Assembly: GCA_965261345.1 (NCBI GenBank)
Contig: OZ253449.1
Coordinates: 288,001-352,000, forward strand
Direction of reading: 5' to 3'
DNA from: Chloroflexota bacterium
GTDB taxonomy: Bacteria > Chloroflexota > UBA11872 > VXNJ01
DNA: 64,000 bases
The notes beneath the pieces were generated by a model. It saw only the letters and a program-made list of their open reading frames with translations. It was not told the DNA's origin and searched no databases. How positions within the stretch are numbered: position 1 is the first letter of the stretch; every line of letters begins with the position of its first letter. The position numbers were made by a program, and so were the translations under genes. Below, piece by piece: positions 40,890 to 50,120 of this stretch.

Positions 40890-41828
40890 TCAGTGGCCGA
40901 TCTCATAGCGCAGCAGGCGCGCGTTGATGACGGTAACGGCGGCGATCACCGCAAATAGGGCCACCGAGACCGCCGCGGCGTAGCCCATCTTTAGCGCCAG
41001 AAAAGCTTCTAAGTAGACGAGCATGACGATCGTGACGGTCGAATCGAGCGGGCCGCCGCAGATTCCGATCCCGCCGCCGCACGACATTATGAAAACCTGG
41101 GTGAACATCTGCAGCGCGCCGATGAAATAGACGATGACGACGAAATAGGTGGTCGGGGCGAGCAGGGGCAGCGTGATCCGCCAGAACTTTGAGATCCGAC
41201 CGGCGCCGTCGATTTCGGCGGCCTCGTATAGATGGGGCGCAATTCCCTGCAATCCCGCCAGGTAGATCACCATGTTGAGGCCCATGTTTTTCCAGATGCT
41301 CATCAAGATGATTGCCAAGAGGGAGGTGTCAGGGCTGCGCAACCATTTAAGGATCGGCAAGCCGAGCACATCGAGGATCTGATTGCCGAGTCCAAATTGT
41401 GGTTCGTAGATCCAAAGGAATATCACCGACACCGCCACGAAGGACGAGACCACCGGCATGTAGAACATGGCCCGGAAAAGGTAGATACCGCGGATCGCGC
41501 GATCGATGAGCACCGCCAGCAGAAGCGAGGATGTGACCCCGGCCGGCACCGTGCCCAGGGCGAAGAGCAGGGTGTTGCGCATCGCCGGCAGAAAGCGCGG
41601 GTCCCTGCCGATGTCGGTGAAGTTGTCAACGCCGTTCCAAGTCGGCGCGGTTAGCAGGTCGTAATCGGTCAATGAATAGTAGATCGCACCGACAATCGGG
41701 GCAATTACAAAAATCCCGATAGCTACGACCGATGGCAGTACGAACAGGTAGGCGGTCAGCCCACCGCGGCTGGTCAGCCCGAATCGGCGGCGCCACGTCG
41801 GGCTGCGCCCGCCAACGGCGGTTGACAT
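40890..41828 (-). CDS. Carbohydrate ABC transporter permease (MalF/UgpA-like), copy 2
   Basis: Same motifs and the same 939-nt length as 37656-38594; LYEAAEIDGA. Confidence 0.93.
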   Translation of the reverse strand: MSTAVGGRSPTWRRRFGLTSRGGLTAYLFVLPSVVAIGIFVIAPIVGAIYYSLTDYDLLTAPTWNGVDNFTDIGRDPRFLPAMRNTLLFALGTVPAGVTSSLLLAVLIDRAIRGIYLFRAMFYMPVVSSFVAVSVIFLWIYEPQFGLGNQILDVLGLPILKWLRSPDTSLLAIILMSIWKNMGLNMVIYLAGLQGIAPHLYEAAEIDGAGRISKFWRITLPLLAPTTYFVVIVYFIGALQMFTQVFIMSCGGGIGICGGPLDSTVTIVMLVYLEAFLALKMGYAAAVSVALFAVIAAVTVINARLLRYEIGH

Positions 41829-41992
41829 GGGCCGCTCCGAGTATTTGATTTGAACGCTGTGCGCGATTATCAGGTTTGCCGCTGGAGAGGTCGGGCGATA
41901 TTGCCAGCGCGGATCTATTCGGTTTCCGGCCGTTGGACAAAATTGCTGTACCGGCCAAAACGCATCATCCGGTCGCCTGCAGGAGAAACCTG

Positions 41993-44035
41993 ATGAGAAT
42001 CCCGAGATGGCCCAAAGGGCCAATGGTGTTCGCGGGGCTGCTGATCGGCTCGATCATGGCGTTGTCCCTGGCCGGTTGTGACCAGGACGCCGAAGCGCCG
42101 GCGCCCGATCCAGCACCGAGCGCCCAGTCGAGTCCGCTGGTCGCCATCGAACCCGAAACTGGCCAGGACCAGCCGGCCATCCAAGTTCCGTCGGCGCGGG
42201 CGGCCACCTATGCGATGGGGGTCTTTTCCGAACCCATTACCGGCAACTACTGGAATTACGTGGGCGGGCCGGGTGGATCGGTGTGGACCGGTTACGCGAT
42301 CGGCGGCTACCATTCGAGCCTTTTTGCCCTTTCCGACCAGCGGTTCGACTGGGTCCCAGCGCTGGCCGCCGATTTTCCCAGTGAGCTGGTGTTAGAGAGC
42401 TTGGTCGGTCGGAACTATTGGACCACCGAGGTCAGCCTACGTCCGGGCGTGCTCTGGAGTGATGGTGGCGAAGTTGACGCCGAAGATGTCAGATTCACGG
42501 TCGAGACGGTGTTGGATCTGAACCTGGGCGCCGGCTGGTCCAATTTTGTTCATCCGGATTTCGTCGACCATATCGAAGTGATCGATTCGCACACCATAAA
42601 GATCTATTTCAGGGCGGCCGATGCCGATGGTCAACCGCAGGTCCCGGGCCTTAGCGTATGGCAGTTCGGACTTGGGTTCATGCCGGTCCTGCCGGAACAC
42701 TACTGGCGGCCGGTGGTGGAGGCCGCCCGGAACGCCGGCGACCAGGTTGCCCAGGTCGAGGCACTCTACGCGCACGTCCCGGTCGGCGAACCTACCAACG
42801 GCGGGTTCGAGCACGTCAAATGGGAGCGCGGAGCGTTTTTCCAGAACACGGCGGCCGAAAATTATTCGTTCGCCGGAACCCAGGTCACCCAGCTCGACGA
42901 CGGATCGATCCGGCGCGTCAACCCCGTGCTTGGATACGAAGAGACGATCTTGGGCGAGGGTGGCGGCGAGGTCGTTCTCGACTATGTGATAGGGCCACAT
43001 TTCGGCGACTCCTATTTCTATGTTTACGGCAACCAGGACACGGCGATATTGGCGCTGACCGACGGTGAGGTCGATTACGTGTTCAATCCACTCGGGCTGG
43101 AGCGGGGATTTCGCGATCGGGCCCAGGCGGCCGGCGATCTGCAAATCGTGTCCAACGCCCCCAATGGCACCCGCTATCTCGGCTTCAACGTCCGCAAGCC
43201 GCCATTTGATTCGATCGCATTCCGCCAAGCGGTGGCAACCCTCATCGACAAAGAGTTCGTGACCCAAACGGTTCTGCAGGCGTCCGCCTTCCCGCAGTAT
43301 TCGATGGTGCCGGAAGGCAATTCGTTCTGGCACAACCCCGACGCCGATCGGATCGGTGAGGGACTGAGCCGGGCCGAGAGGATCGCGCGTGCGGTCGCCC
43401 TGCTCGAGGGCGCCGGATTCCGCTTCGAGCAGAGACCGGTGGTCAGCGAGGACGGCAATTTCGTCGAGATCCGCGGCAGTGGGTTGACAATGCCCGATGG
43501 CCAACCGGTGCCGCCGATGGAATTGATCGCCCCCAGTGCCGGCTACGATCCACTACGGGCCACGTTTGCAATCTGGATCGAGCGCTGGCTCAACGATGTC
43601 GGGATTCCGGCGCGGGCCAACCTGGCCGGCTTCAATGTGATCGTCGACCGGCTGTATTCCGATACGGTGACCGAGGACCTGGACATGTGGATTCTGGGCT
43701 GGGCGTTTGGCATATTCCCCGACCATTTACAGAATTTTTTCCATTCCCGTTACGCGCCCGAGAACCAGAAGGGCGGCAACAACTGGGGAGGATTCGCCGA
43801 TCCGGAATTTGACGCCCTGGCCGATGAGTTCTTAGAAGCTACGACCTTTCCCCGGGCCCAGGAACTGGCGCGGCAGATGCAAGCGTTGATCGCCACCAAG
43901 CTGCCCTATGTGACCCTTTTCGAAACCGCGACTGTCGATGTCTTTCGCCCTTCCAAGGTGGAATTTCCCTATACCGAGGTGCTCGGTGGTATCGAACAGG
44001 CCGGCGGCATGCAGCTAATTGCGCTGATTAAATAA
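41993..44035 (+). CDS. Opp/Dpp-type ABC transporter substrate-binding lipoprotein (family 5)
   Basis: AGGAG RBS, lipobox LAGC, LRPGVLWSDG..AEDVRFT, YLGFNVRKPPF..FRQAVATLID. Confidence 0.92.
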   Translation: MRIPRWPKGPMVFAGLLIGSIMALSLAGCDQDAEAPAPDPAPSAQSSPLVAIEPETGQDQPAIQVPSARAATYAMGVFSEPITGNYWNYVGGPGGSVWTGYAIGGYHSSLFALSDQRFDWVPALAADFPSELVLESLVGRNYWTTEVSLRPGVLWSDGGEVDAEDVRFTVETVLDLNLGAGWSNFVHPDFVDHIEVIDSHTIKIYFRAADADGQPQVPGLSVWQFGLGFMPVLPEHYWRPVVEAARNAGDQVAQVEALYAHVPVGEPTNGGFEHVKWERGAFFQNTAAENYSFAGTQVTQLDDGSIRRVNPVLGYEETILGEGGGEVVLDYVIGPHFGDSYFYVYGNQDTAILALTDGEVDYVFNPLGLERGFRDRAQAAGDLQIVSNAPNGTRYLGFNVRKPPFDSIAFRQAVATLIDKEFVTQTVLQASAFPQYSMVPEGNSFWHNPDADRIGEGLSRAERIARAVALLEGAGFRFEQRPVVSEDGNFVEIRGSGLTMPDGQPVPPMELIAPSAGYDPLRATFAIWIERWLNDVGIPARANLAGFNVIVDRLYSDTVTEDLDMWILGWAFGIFPDHLQNFFHSRYAPENQKGGNNWGGFADPEFDALADEFLEATTFPRAQELARQMQALIATKLPYVTLFETATVDVFRPSKVEFPYTEVLGGIEQAGGMQLIALIK

Positions 44036-44088
44036 TTCGGTCGCCAACGGCCGCGACGCACGTGTTGAAAAACGACCCGGGGTAACCG

Positions 44089-45237
44089 ATGAAAAGCTAC
44101 CTGTTGCGCCGTGGATTGCAGATGCTTGTCACCCTGTTCCTGTTCATCACCGCGGTTTTTTTCCTGGTCAACGCCCAGCCCGGCGACGTGAGCAATTTTT
44201 TTGCCCTGGACCCCAACGTCCCGCCGGAGACCCGGGCGCTGATCCAGGCTCGGTTCGGCCTCGACCAACCGCTCTGGCGGCAATACCTTAGCTACCTGGG
44301 CAACATCGTAACCGGAGATTTCGGCACCTCGTTTTCGCTGTATCCGCGCAGCGTCGGCGAGATCATTGCCGAGCGCCTGCCGCGAACGGTGATGCTGTTT
44401 TCCACCGCCGCGGTGGCCTCCTTTTATCTGGGATTTGCGCTCGGCAAAATATTGGCCTGGCGGCGCGGTGAGTTTTTCGAATATGCGGCCACCATTGGCG
44501 GGGTTTCGCTCTATACCGTTTTCACGCCCTGGTTTGCGCTGATGATGATCTGGTTTTTCGCCCACCAGCTGGATTGGTTTCCGATCGGCAAATTCCTTGA
44601 CCCCCAGGTCTGGTCCAACGCCCCGATCGAGGCCAACACGCTGTTTGGGCAACTGCTGCTGGCGGTCCTGGCATCCACGGTCGTTGGCACCGCCGTGCTG
44701 CTGGTAGCCCGCCGGCGGCGCTGGCCCAACCCGGTTCCGATCGCGGCCGCATCGGTGGGAGTTTCGCTGGCGGTCGCATTCGGTATCTGGTCTGGCACGG
44801 GCACCGCCTATCTGGCCTTCGACATCGTTTCACACATGGCCTTGCCGGTGGCCACCCTGACCCTCATCTCGTTTGCCGGAACGATGCTGCTGACCCGCAA
44901 CAGCATGCTGGAGACCATGTCGGAGGACTACGTCTTGGCGGCCCGCGCCAAGGGCCTGCCGGAAGCGGTCGTGCGCGACCGCCACGTGGCCCGCAACGCG
45001 ATGTTGCCGGTGATAACCAGCCTGGTTTTCTCACTCGCGTTTGCCATCGATGGCGGTGTGATCATCGAGACGATCTTTTCCTGGCCGGGCATGGGGCAGA
45101 CGCTGGTGGCGGCCGCCCTGGCCGAAGACCTGCCGCTGGCGGTCGGGGCCTTCGTGTTTGTTGGCCTGTTCGTCCTGGCGGCGCATTTGGTCGTCGATGT
45201 GCTCTACGTAGTACTCGACCCGCGGATCCGCTACTAG
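44089..45237 (+). CDS. Opp/Dpp-type ABC transporter permease (OppB-like)
   Basis: YLLRR, QPGD, FGLDQPLWRQY, EDYVLAARAKGL, IETIFSWPGMG, DPRIRY. Confidence 0.93.
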   Translation: MKSYLLRRGLQMLVTLFLFITAVFFLVNAQPGDVSNFFALDPNVPPETRALIQARFGLDQPLWRQYLSYLGNIVTGDFGTSFSLYPRSVGEIIAERLPRTVMLFSTAAVASFYLGFALGKILAWRRGEFFEYAATIGGVSLYTVFTPWFALMMIWFFAHQLDWFPIGKFLDPQVWSNAPIEANTLFGQLLLAVLASTVVGTAVLLVARRRRWPNPVPIAAASVGVSLAVAFGIWSGTGTAYLAFDIVSHMALPVATLTLISFAGTMLLTRNSMLETMSEDYVLAARAKGLPEAVVRDRHVARNAMLPVITSLVFSLAFAIDGGVIIETIFSWPGMGQTLVAAALAEDLPLAVGAFVFVGLFVLAAHLVVDVLYVVLDPRIRY

Positions 45238-46188
45238 ATGCGCTCGGCAACCGCTCCGCCGGCCGGTTCGATCGACATCTTGCGGATGCGATTGGGGTTA
45301 TTGGGTCAAACCTCCAAACGGAACTGGCGCCTTTTCGCCGCCACCCGCATCGGCATCGTCGGGTTGGTCATCATCGCCGCCTACGCATTGATGGCGATCG
45401 CCCACCCGCTGCTAATGGCAACCCTGTGGGATCCGGCGATATACGATCCGGTGGTCGGCTACGCATTCGACTCGACCGTCCAGCCGGCGCCACCCAGCGC
45501 CGCGCACCTTCTCGGGACCGATCCGCTGGGGCGCGATATTTTTTCGCAGCTGATGTTTTCGGCCAGAACCGAATTTCTACTCGGATTGGCCGCCGCGGTC
45601 ATAACCGTGACCATCGGCACCACCGTAGGGGCGATCGCCGCCTACTTCGGCGGGGCGGTCGACGCAATCCTGATGCGACTGGCCGACATCATGATCATGA
45701 TTCCCGGGATAAGCGTGCTGATTGTGCTCTCGGCCCTGATCGGCGTTCAGCATTTTGAATTGGCCCTAATAATCGGCATCCTCTCCGGATTCGGCGGGAC
45801 CGCGGTGCTGCTTAAAGCGCAGGCCCTGAGCGTGGTGGTCAGGCCCTATATCGAGGCCGCCCGGGCCGCCGGTGGCGGCCCGCTGCACATCATCTTCATT
45901 CACATCGTGCCCAACCTGCTACCACTGTCATTTCTCTATATGATGTTCACCGTCACCGCGGCAATTTTTTCCGAAGCGGTGCTCTCGTTCCTGGGACTGC
46001 TCGACGTGCGCATGTCCTGGGGGCTGATGATCCACACCACCGAGTCGGCCGGTTATCTGGTCGATACCGGACGGTACTGGTGGCTGGTGCTGCCGGCCAG
46101 CCTGTCGATAACCCTGCTCTGTTCGTCGTTCTATCTGGTCGGCCGGGCACTGGACGAGGTCGTTAATCCAAGATTGCGGCGCCGGTGA
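45238..46188 (+). CDS. Opp/Dpp-type ABC transporter permease (OppC-like)
   Basis: PPSAAHLLGTDPLGRD, YIEAARAAG, HIVPN, EAVLSFLG, NPRLR. Confidence 0.93.
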   Translation: MRSATAPPAGSIDILRMRLGLLGQTSKRNWRLFAATRIGIVGLVIIAAYALMAIAHPLLMATLWDPAIYDPVVGYAFDSTVQPAPPSAAHLLGTDPLGRDIFSQLMFSARTEFLLGLAAAVITVTIGTTVGAIAAYFGGAVDAILMRLADIMIMIPGISVLIVLSALIGVQHFELALIIGILSGFGGTAVLLKAQALSVVVRPYIEAARAAGGGPLHIIFIHIVPNLLPLSFLYMMFTVTAAIFSEAVLSFLGLLDVRMSWGLMIHTTESAGYLVDTGRYWWLVLPASLSITLLCSSFYLVGRALDEVVNPRLRRR

Positions 46189-47147
46189 GCGGGCAACCGC
46201 TCCTGGCGGTGGAGAACCTGTCGGTCGAATACGCGACCGCGGCCGGTCCAATCCGGGCGGTAAGCCAAGCCTCGTTCACCGTGAACGCGGGAGAGGCGCT
46301 GGGAATAGTTGGCGAATCGGGCTGCGGAAAATCCACCATCGCCAATTCGTTGCTGCGGCTCCTGCCCGGGAACGGCCAGATCACCGCCGGAAGAATAAGT
46401 CTGGATGGGCATGACCTGGTCACGCTGCCTGAGCCGGAGTTGCGCCAGATCCGCGGCAACCAGGTCGCGATGGTTTTCCAGGCGGCCATGAACTCGCTCA
46501 ACCCGGTCTACCGGGTCGGCGACCAGATCGTCGAGGCGATGGAGCAGCACCTTGACCGGCCGCGTCCGTCGTTGATCGCGCGGATGGAAGAACTCTACGA
46601 TTTGGTCGGATTGGATCGCTCGGCGATTTGGCGTTACCCGCACCAGTACAGCGGCGGGATGAAGCAACGCGCCGTCATCGCCATGGCGCTCTCGTGCGAC
46701 CCGGCGCTGCTGGTTGCCGACGAACCAACCACCGCACTTGACGTGATTGTCCAAGACCAGATTCTTAGAAAACTGCAACAAATCCGGCAGCAGCGATCGA
46801 CCGCGATGATCTTGATCTCGCACGACTTGGGCGTCATTGCCCGGGTCTGCGACCATCTCGCGATCATGTACGCCGGTCAGGTGATCGAATTCGGGCCGAC
46901 CGGGCAGGTCCTGGCCAATCCGATTCACCGCTATTCGCAAGCTCTGATCGCCGGCATCCCCAATCTGCACGGTCCAAAAAGCGAACTCGCGTTGGTTGCC
47001 GGGGAACCGCCCGACCTGCTTGAAACCCCGCCCGGCTGCCGGTTTCACCCTCGCTGCCCGCACCTTACCACCGACTGCCCGGTCGGTCCCGCACCGACGG
47101 TGGTACGCGGACTACACTGGGCGCTGTGCTGGAATCCGGCCAATTGA
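46185..47147 (+). CDS. Opp/Dpp-type ABC transporter ATP-binding protein (OppD-like)
   Basis: GESGCGKST, YPHQYSGGMKQR, ADEPTTALD, GCRFHPRC. Confidence 0.94.
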   Translation: MSGQPLLAVENLSVEYATAAGPIRAVSQASFTVNAGEALGIVGESGCGKSTIANSLLRLLPGNGQITAGRISLDGHDLVTLPEPELRQIRGNQVAMVFQAAMNSLNPVYRVGDQIVEAMEQHLDRPRPSLIARMEELYDLVGLDRSAIWRYPHQYSGGMKQRAVIAMALSCDPALLVADEPTTALDVIVQDQILRKLQQIRQQRSTAMILISHDLGVIARVCDHLAIMYAGQVIEFGPTGQVLANPIHRYSQALIAGIPNLHGPKSELALVAGEPPDLLETPPGCRFHPRCPHLTTDCPVGPAPTVVRGLHWALCWNPAN

Positions 47148-47160
47148 TAGCGGTTCGCAG

Positions 47161-48012
47161 GTGAGCTCAGATCGGCCGCTGGTCCAGGTAATCGAACTGA
47201 CCAAGCAGTTTCCGGCCGGATCCGACCTGTTCGGGAAGCGCGGGGGAAGCCTCACCGCCGTTGACGCGGTCAGTTTCACGATCGCTGCCGGGGAGAGCTT
47301 CGGGCTGGTCGGTGGATCGGGCAGCGGCAAGACCACCACCGGCCGCATGCTGGTCCGGCTCGAGAACCCCAGCGGCGGCCGCATCCTGTTTGACCAGGGC
47401 GCAGGCGGGGTGGTTGATGTCGCCAGTCTGCGCCGAGGCTCGTTGAAGGCGTTCCGGCGCCAGGTGCAGATCATATTCCAGGACCCCTACGAATCGCTGA
47501 ACCCACGCCGAACTGTGTTCGACAGCGTTGTCGAACCGTTGCGGGTGCATCGCATCGGCGGACCGGCGCAATGGATTGACCGGGCCGGCGCGGTCCTTGA
47601 CCAGGTCGGCCTCGCACCGCCGCCGACATTCCTGTTCCGCTATCCGCACGAGCTCTCCGGCGGCCAGCGGCAGCGGGTGGCGATCGCCCGGGCGCTGGTG
47701 ATTGAGCCGCTATTGGTAGTGGCCGATGAGCCGACTTCGATGCTCGACGTCTCGGTCCGGGCCGGGGTGATCGAGTTGCTGCGACGGCTGGGCCGACAAC
47801 TGGGTGTCGCCTACCTGTTCATCACCCACGATCTGGCGGTCGCACGCTACATGTGCGACCGAATGGCGGTAATGGAGCGGGGCCGGATCGTCGAGCAGGG
47901 ACCAGTTGAACAGATCCTGCAGCAACCGCAACACCCCTATTCGCGGGCACTACTGGCCGCGGCCGATTATTTCGGGCCCGCCGGTCGGGCGAGCGATCCT
48001 CCCGTCCGATAA
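47161..48012 (+). CDS. Opp/Dpp-type ABC transporter ATP-binding protein (OppF-like)
   Basis: GGSGSGKTT, IFQDPYESLNPR, YPHELSGGQRQR, ADEPTSMLD, PQHPYSRALL. Confidence 0.93.
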   Translation: MSSDRPLVQVIELTKQFPAGSDLFGKRGGSLTAVDAVSFTIAAGESFGLVGGSGSGKTTTGRMLVRLENPSGGRILFDQGAGGVVDVASLRRGSLKAFRRQVQIIFQDPYESLNPRRTVFDSVVEPLRVHRIGGPAQWIDRAGAVLDQVGLAPPPTFLFRYPHELSGGQRQRVAIARALVIEPLLVVADEPTSMLDVSVRAGVIELLRRLGRQLGVAYLFITHDLAVARYMCDRMAVMERGRIVEQGPVEQILQQPQHPYSRALLAAADYFGPAGRASDPPVR

Positions 48013-48049
48013 AGGGGCGGCTACGGGCCGGCCCGTAGCCCGGTTGCCG

Positions 48050-48931
48050 TTAGTTGTAATCCCCGTGAGCGCCGGTTCCGCTGGGGTCGATCAATTCATC
48101 GGCCCCGCAGAGATACCTCCACCAGCGGGCCCGTTCCGACACCAGCCAGGCGTTTTCTCCAGTGAGGGCATGGGTGTCCTTGCTCATTAGAAACAGGCGC
48201 CGGATTTGCCGGCTGTCCCATCCCTCGGTATTGAAGGTTGCGCGCTGGGCGGTGCGCGGGTTGTAGCGGATCTTGAACATGAAGCGATGCTGGTCGGTCG
48301 CGTTGGTTTGAGCACAGTGCCAGATCGCCTCGTGCATGAAGCAGATCCGACCGCCGCGCCCGGCCAGACGCTTTTGTCCGACGATGTTCTTGTAGCGGCC
48401 GGTGTCGGGGCCCAGCATTGAGCGCATGTGCGATCCCGGCAGGACCAGGGTCGGGCCCATCTCATAGGGAACGCCGTGGGCAAAGTAGGCGGTGAGGATA
48501 TCGAATGAATAGGGATGGATGCCGGGCAGCCGGACCTGGCGACGACCCCCGGAATCCACGTGCCACATCTGGGCCTCTTGCTGATTGGGGTAGGTCACGT
48601 GCAGCGCCGAGTGGTTCTGCACATGACCTGGCCCCAACAGGCTCTGCAGAATCCCCCGCACCGCCGGGAGCTGATGAATCTTGCGGATTGCCGCCGAATG
48701 ATTGAAAAATCCGTCCTTGTTGTCGGTAATGTGCCAGGCAAATTCGGCCTTGCGACCGGAATCGTCGACCGCCGTCTGCTCGTCGGCAAAGGCCTGTTGG
48801 TTGAGTTCGTCCGGGATCAGACCGTCAAATTCCAAGTAACCGTCGATGACGAACCTGGCCATTTGTTCAACGCCCAGCAGGTGTTCGCTACCAACTGGCG
48901 CCAATTCCGGCCGCGTGTCCAACGTTGTCAA
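48050..48931 (-). CDS. Phytanoyl-CoA dioxygenase (PhyH) family Fe(II)/2-oxoglutarate oxygenase
   Basis: FVIDGYL, WHVD (HxD), GPTLVLPGSH, distal IWHCA, RFMFKIR; GGAGG precedes the TTG start. Confidence 0.88.
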   Translation of the reverse strand: MTTLDTRPELAPVGSEHLLGVEQMARFVIDGYLEFDGLIPDELNQQAFADEQTAVDDSGRKAEFAWHITDNKDGFFNHSAAIRKIHQLPAVRGILQSLLGPGHVQNHSALHVTYPNQQEAQMWHVDSGGRRQVRLPGIHPYSFDILTAYFAHGVPYEMGPTLVLPGSHMRSMLGPDTGRYKNIVGQKRLAGRGGRICFMHEAIWHCAQTNATDQHRFMFKIRYNPRTAQRATFNTEGWDSRQIRRLFLMSKDTHALTGENAWLVSERARWWRYLCGADELIDPSGTGAHGDYN

Positions 48932-48968
48932 GGATTAGCCTCCGCCCGGTGGCGCGCGTTTTTAGCCG

Positions 48969-49235
48969 TCAATCGACCAGTTTTTCAAGCATGTATTCGT
49001 TGGCCAGGCCGCCCAGTCCCTGGCCCGCGCTGCGCTCGGGCACGGGCGAGGCCTGGAGAACCCGCCAGCCGTCGCGCAAGGCCGCCATCGCGGTCGGATA
49101 AGGCGGGATGTTTTCACTTCCGGCCTGCATCTGCACCTCGTCGGCGTTCAGCGACCCGTCGTAGAGCGCCCAGGCAACGACCTCAGAGTTGAGATCGCCG
49201 TTGCGAAGGTTTAGGAAAAGGAGTTTTTGCCGCAC
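48969..49235 (-). CDS. Small hypothetical protein upstream of the PhyH gene
   Basis: 88-aa ORF MRQKLLFL..WALYDG..PPY..ALRDGWRVLQ..EYMLEKL that fills the gap between lipB and the PhyH gene on the same strand. Confidence 0.75.
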   Translation of the reverse strand: MRQKLLFLNLRNGDLNSEVVAWALYDGSLNADEVQMQAGSENIPPYPTAMAALRDGWRVLQASPVPERSAGQGLGGLANEYMLEKLVD

Positions 49236-49292
49236 TGTTATCCGGGTGTTGCAACGTTGGCCGTGAGTCTCCGAAAATGTTACCCACGCAAG

Positions 49293-50000
49293 TTATTCGG
49301 CGGCGGCGGCTTGCTGCGGCGGCAGGGGCGGCGGCGAAATTTGGCCGGGTTGACCCAGAGACGGCTCGAACCCGAAGCTGCTGGCAAAAACGAACCGGAA
49401 TTGCTCGGCAGCGGCGGCCACCGTCACCGGTTGGCGCAACTGCTCGGCAATCGTGGTCACCGGCGCCCCGGCCAACCCGCAGGGAATGATCGCCGCGAAA
49501 GGGTTCAGGTCCAGATCGACATTAATCGCCACCCCGTGGCGGGTCACGCCGCGCTGGCAGCGCACTCCGACTGCGGCGATCTTGGCGCCGCCAACCCAGA
49601 CGCCGGGGCGCCGCGGATCGGCGGAAGCCGCGATTGCAAATCGGTCGAGGACCGCGATGATTGCGTCCTCGAGGCGGTGCACGTAGTCCGATGGTCCAAG
49701 GCCGAGCCGGCTCAACAGCAGGATCGGGTAGGCCACCAGTTGACCGGGCCCATGGTAGGTGATGTCCCCGCCGCGATCAACGTCCACAACCTCCACCCCA
49801 CTGGCGCTCAACTCCTCTTCGGCAGCCAGCAGATTGGCCCGCCCGCCACGCGCGCCCATCGTATAAACCGGTTCGTGCTCAAGCAGCCCGAGGGTGTCCG
49901 GGGAACTTCCCGAGCGCACGCGGTTGGCGGTGGCATACTGCCAAGCCAAGCCGTCCCGGTAGGCAATCCGGCCCAGATGATGGACGTGGAGATCTAGCAT
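49293..50000 (-). CDS. lipB: Lipoyl(octanoyl) transferase
   Basis: LEHEPVYTMG, DRGGDITYHGPGQLVAYPI, KIAAVG, HGVAIN, IIPCG. Confidence 0.95.
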   Translation of the reverse strand: MLDLHVHHLGRIAYRDGLAWQYATANRVRSGSSPDTLGLLEHEPVYTMGARGGRANLLAAEEELSASGVEVVDVDRGGDITYHGPGQLVAYPILLLSRLGLGPSDYVHRLEDAIIAVLDRFAIAASADPRRPGVWVGGAKIAAVGVRCQRGVTRHGVAINVDLDLNPFAAIIPCGLAGAPVTTIAEQLRQPVTVAAAAEQFRFVFASSFGFEPSLGQPGQISPPPLPPQQAAAAE

Positions 50001-50120
50001 GTTCGTACTTTAAAGTGTGCGACGCATCCTCACCGGCGGCGGGCCGATGCCCAATTAACATTAATTCGGAAGTCATTTTCAGCGACGGCGCCACACGGCC
50101 AAACGGGTAACGCTTAATCG

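Noticed and set aside
42437-43504. Long antisense ORFs (also 9766-10614, 15306-16124, 46131-47063, 54806-55582)
   Set aside because: Shadow ORFs opposite well-supported genes, expected from high-GC codon usage.
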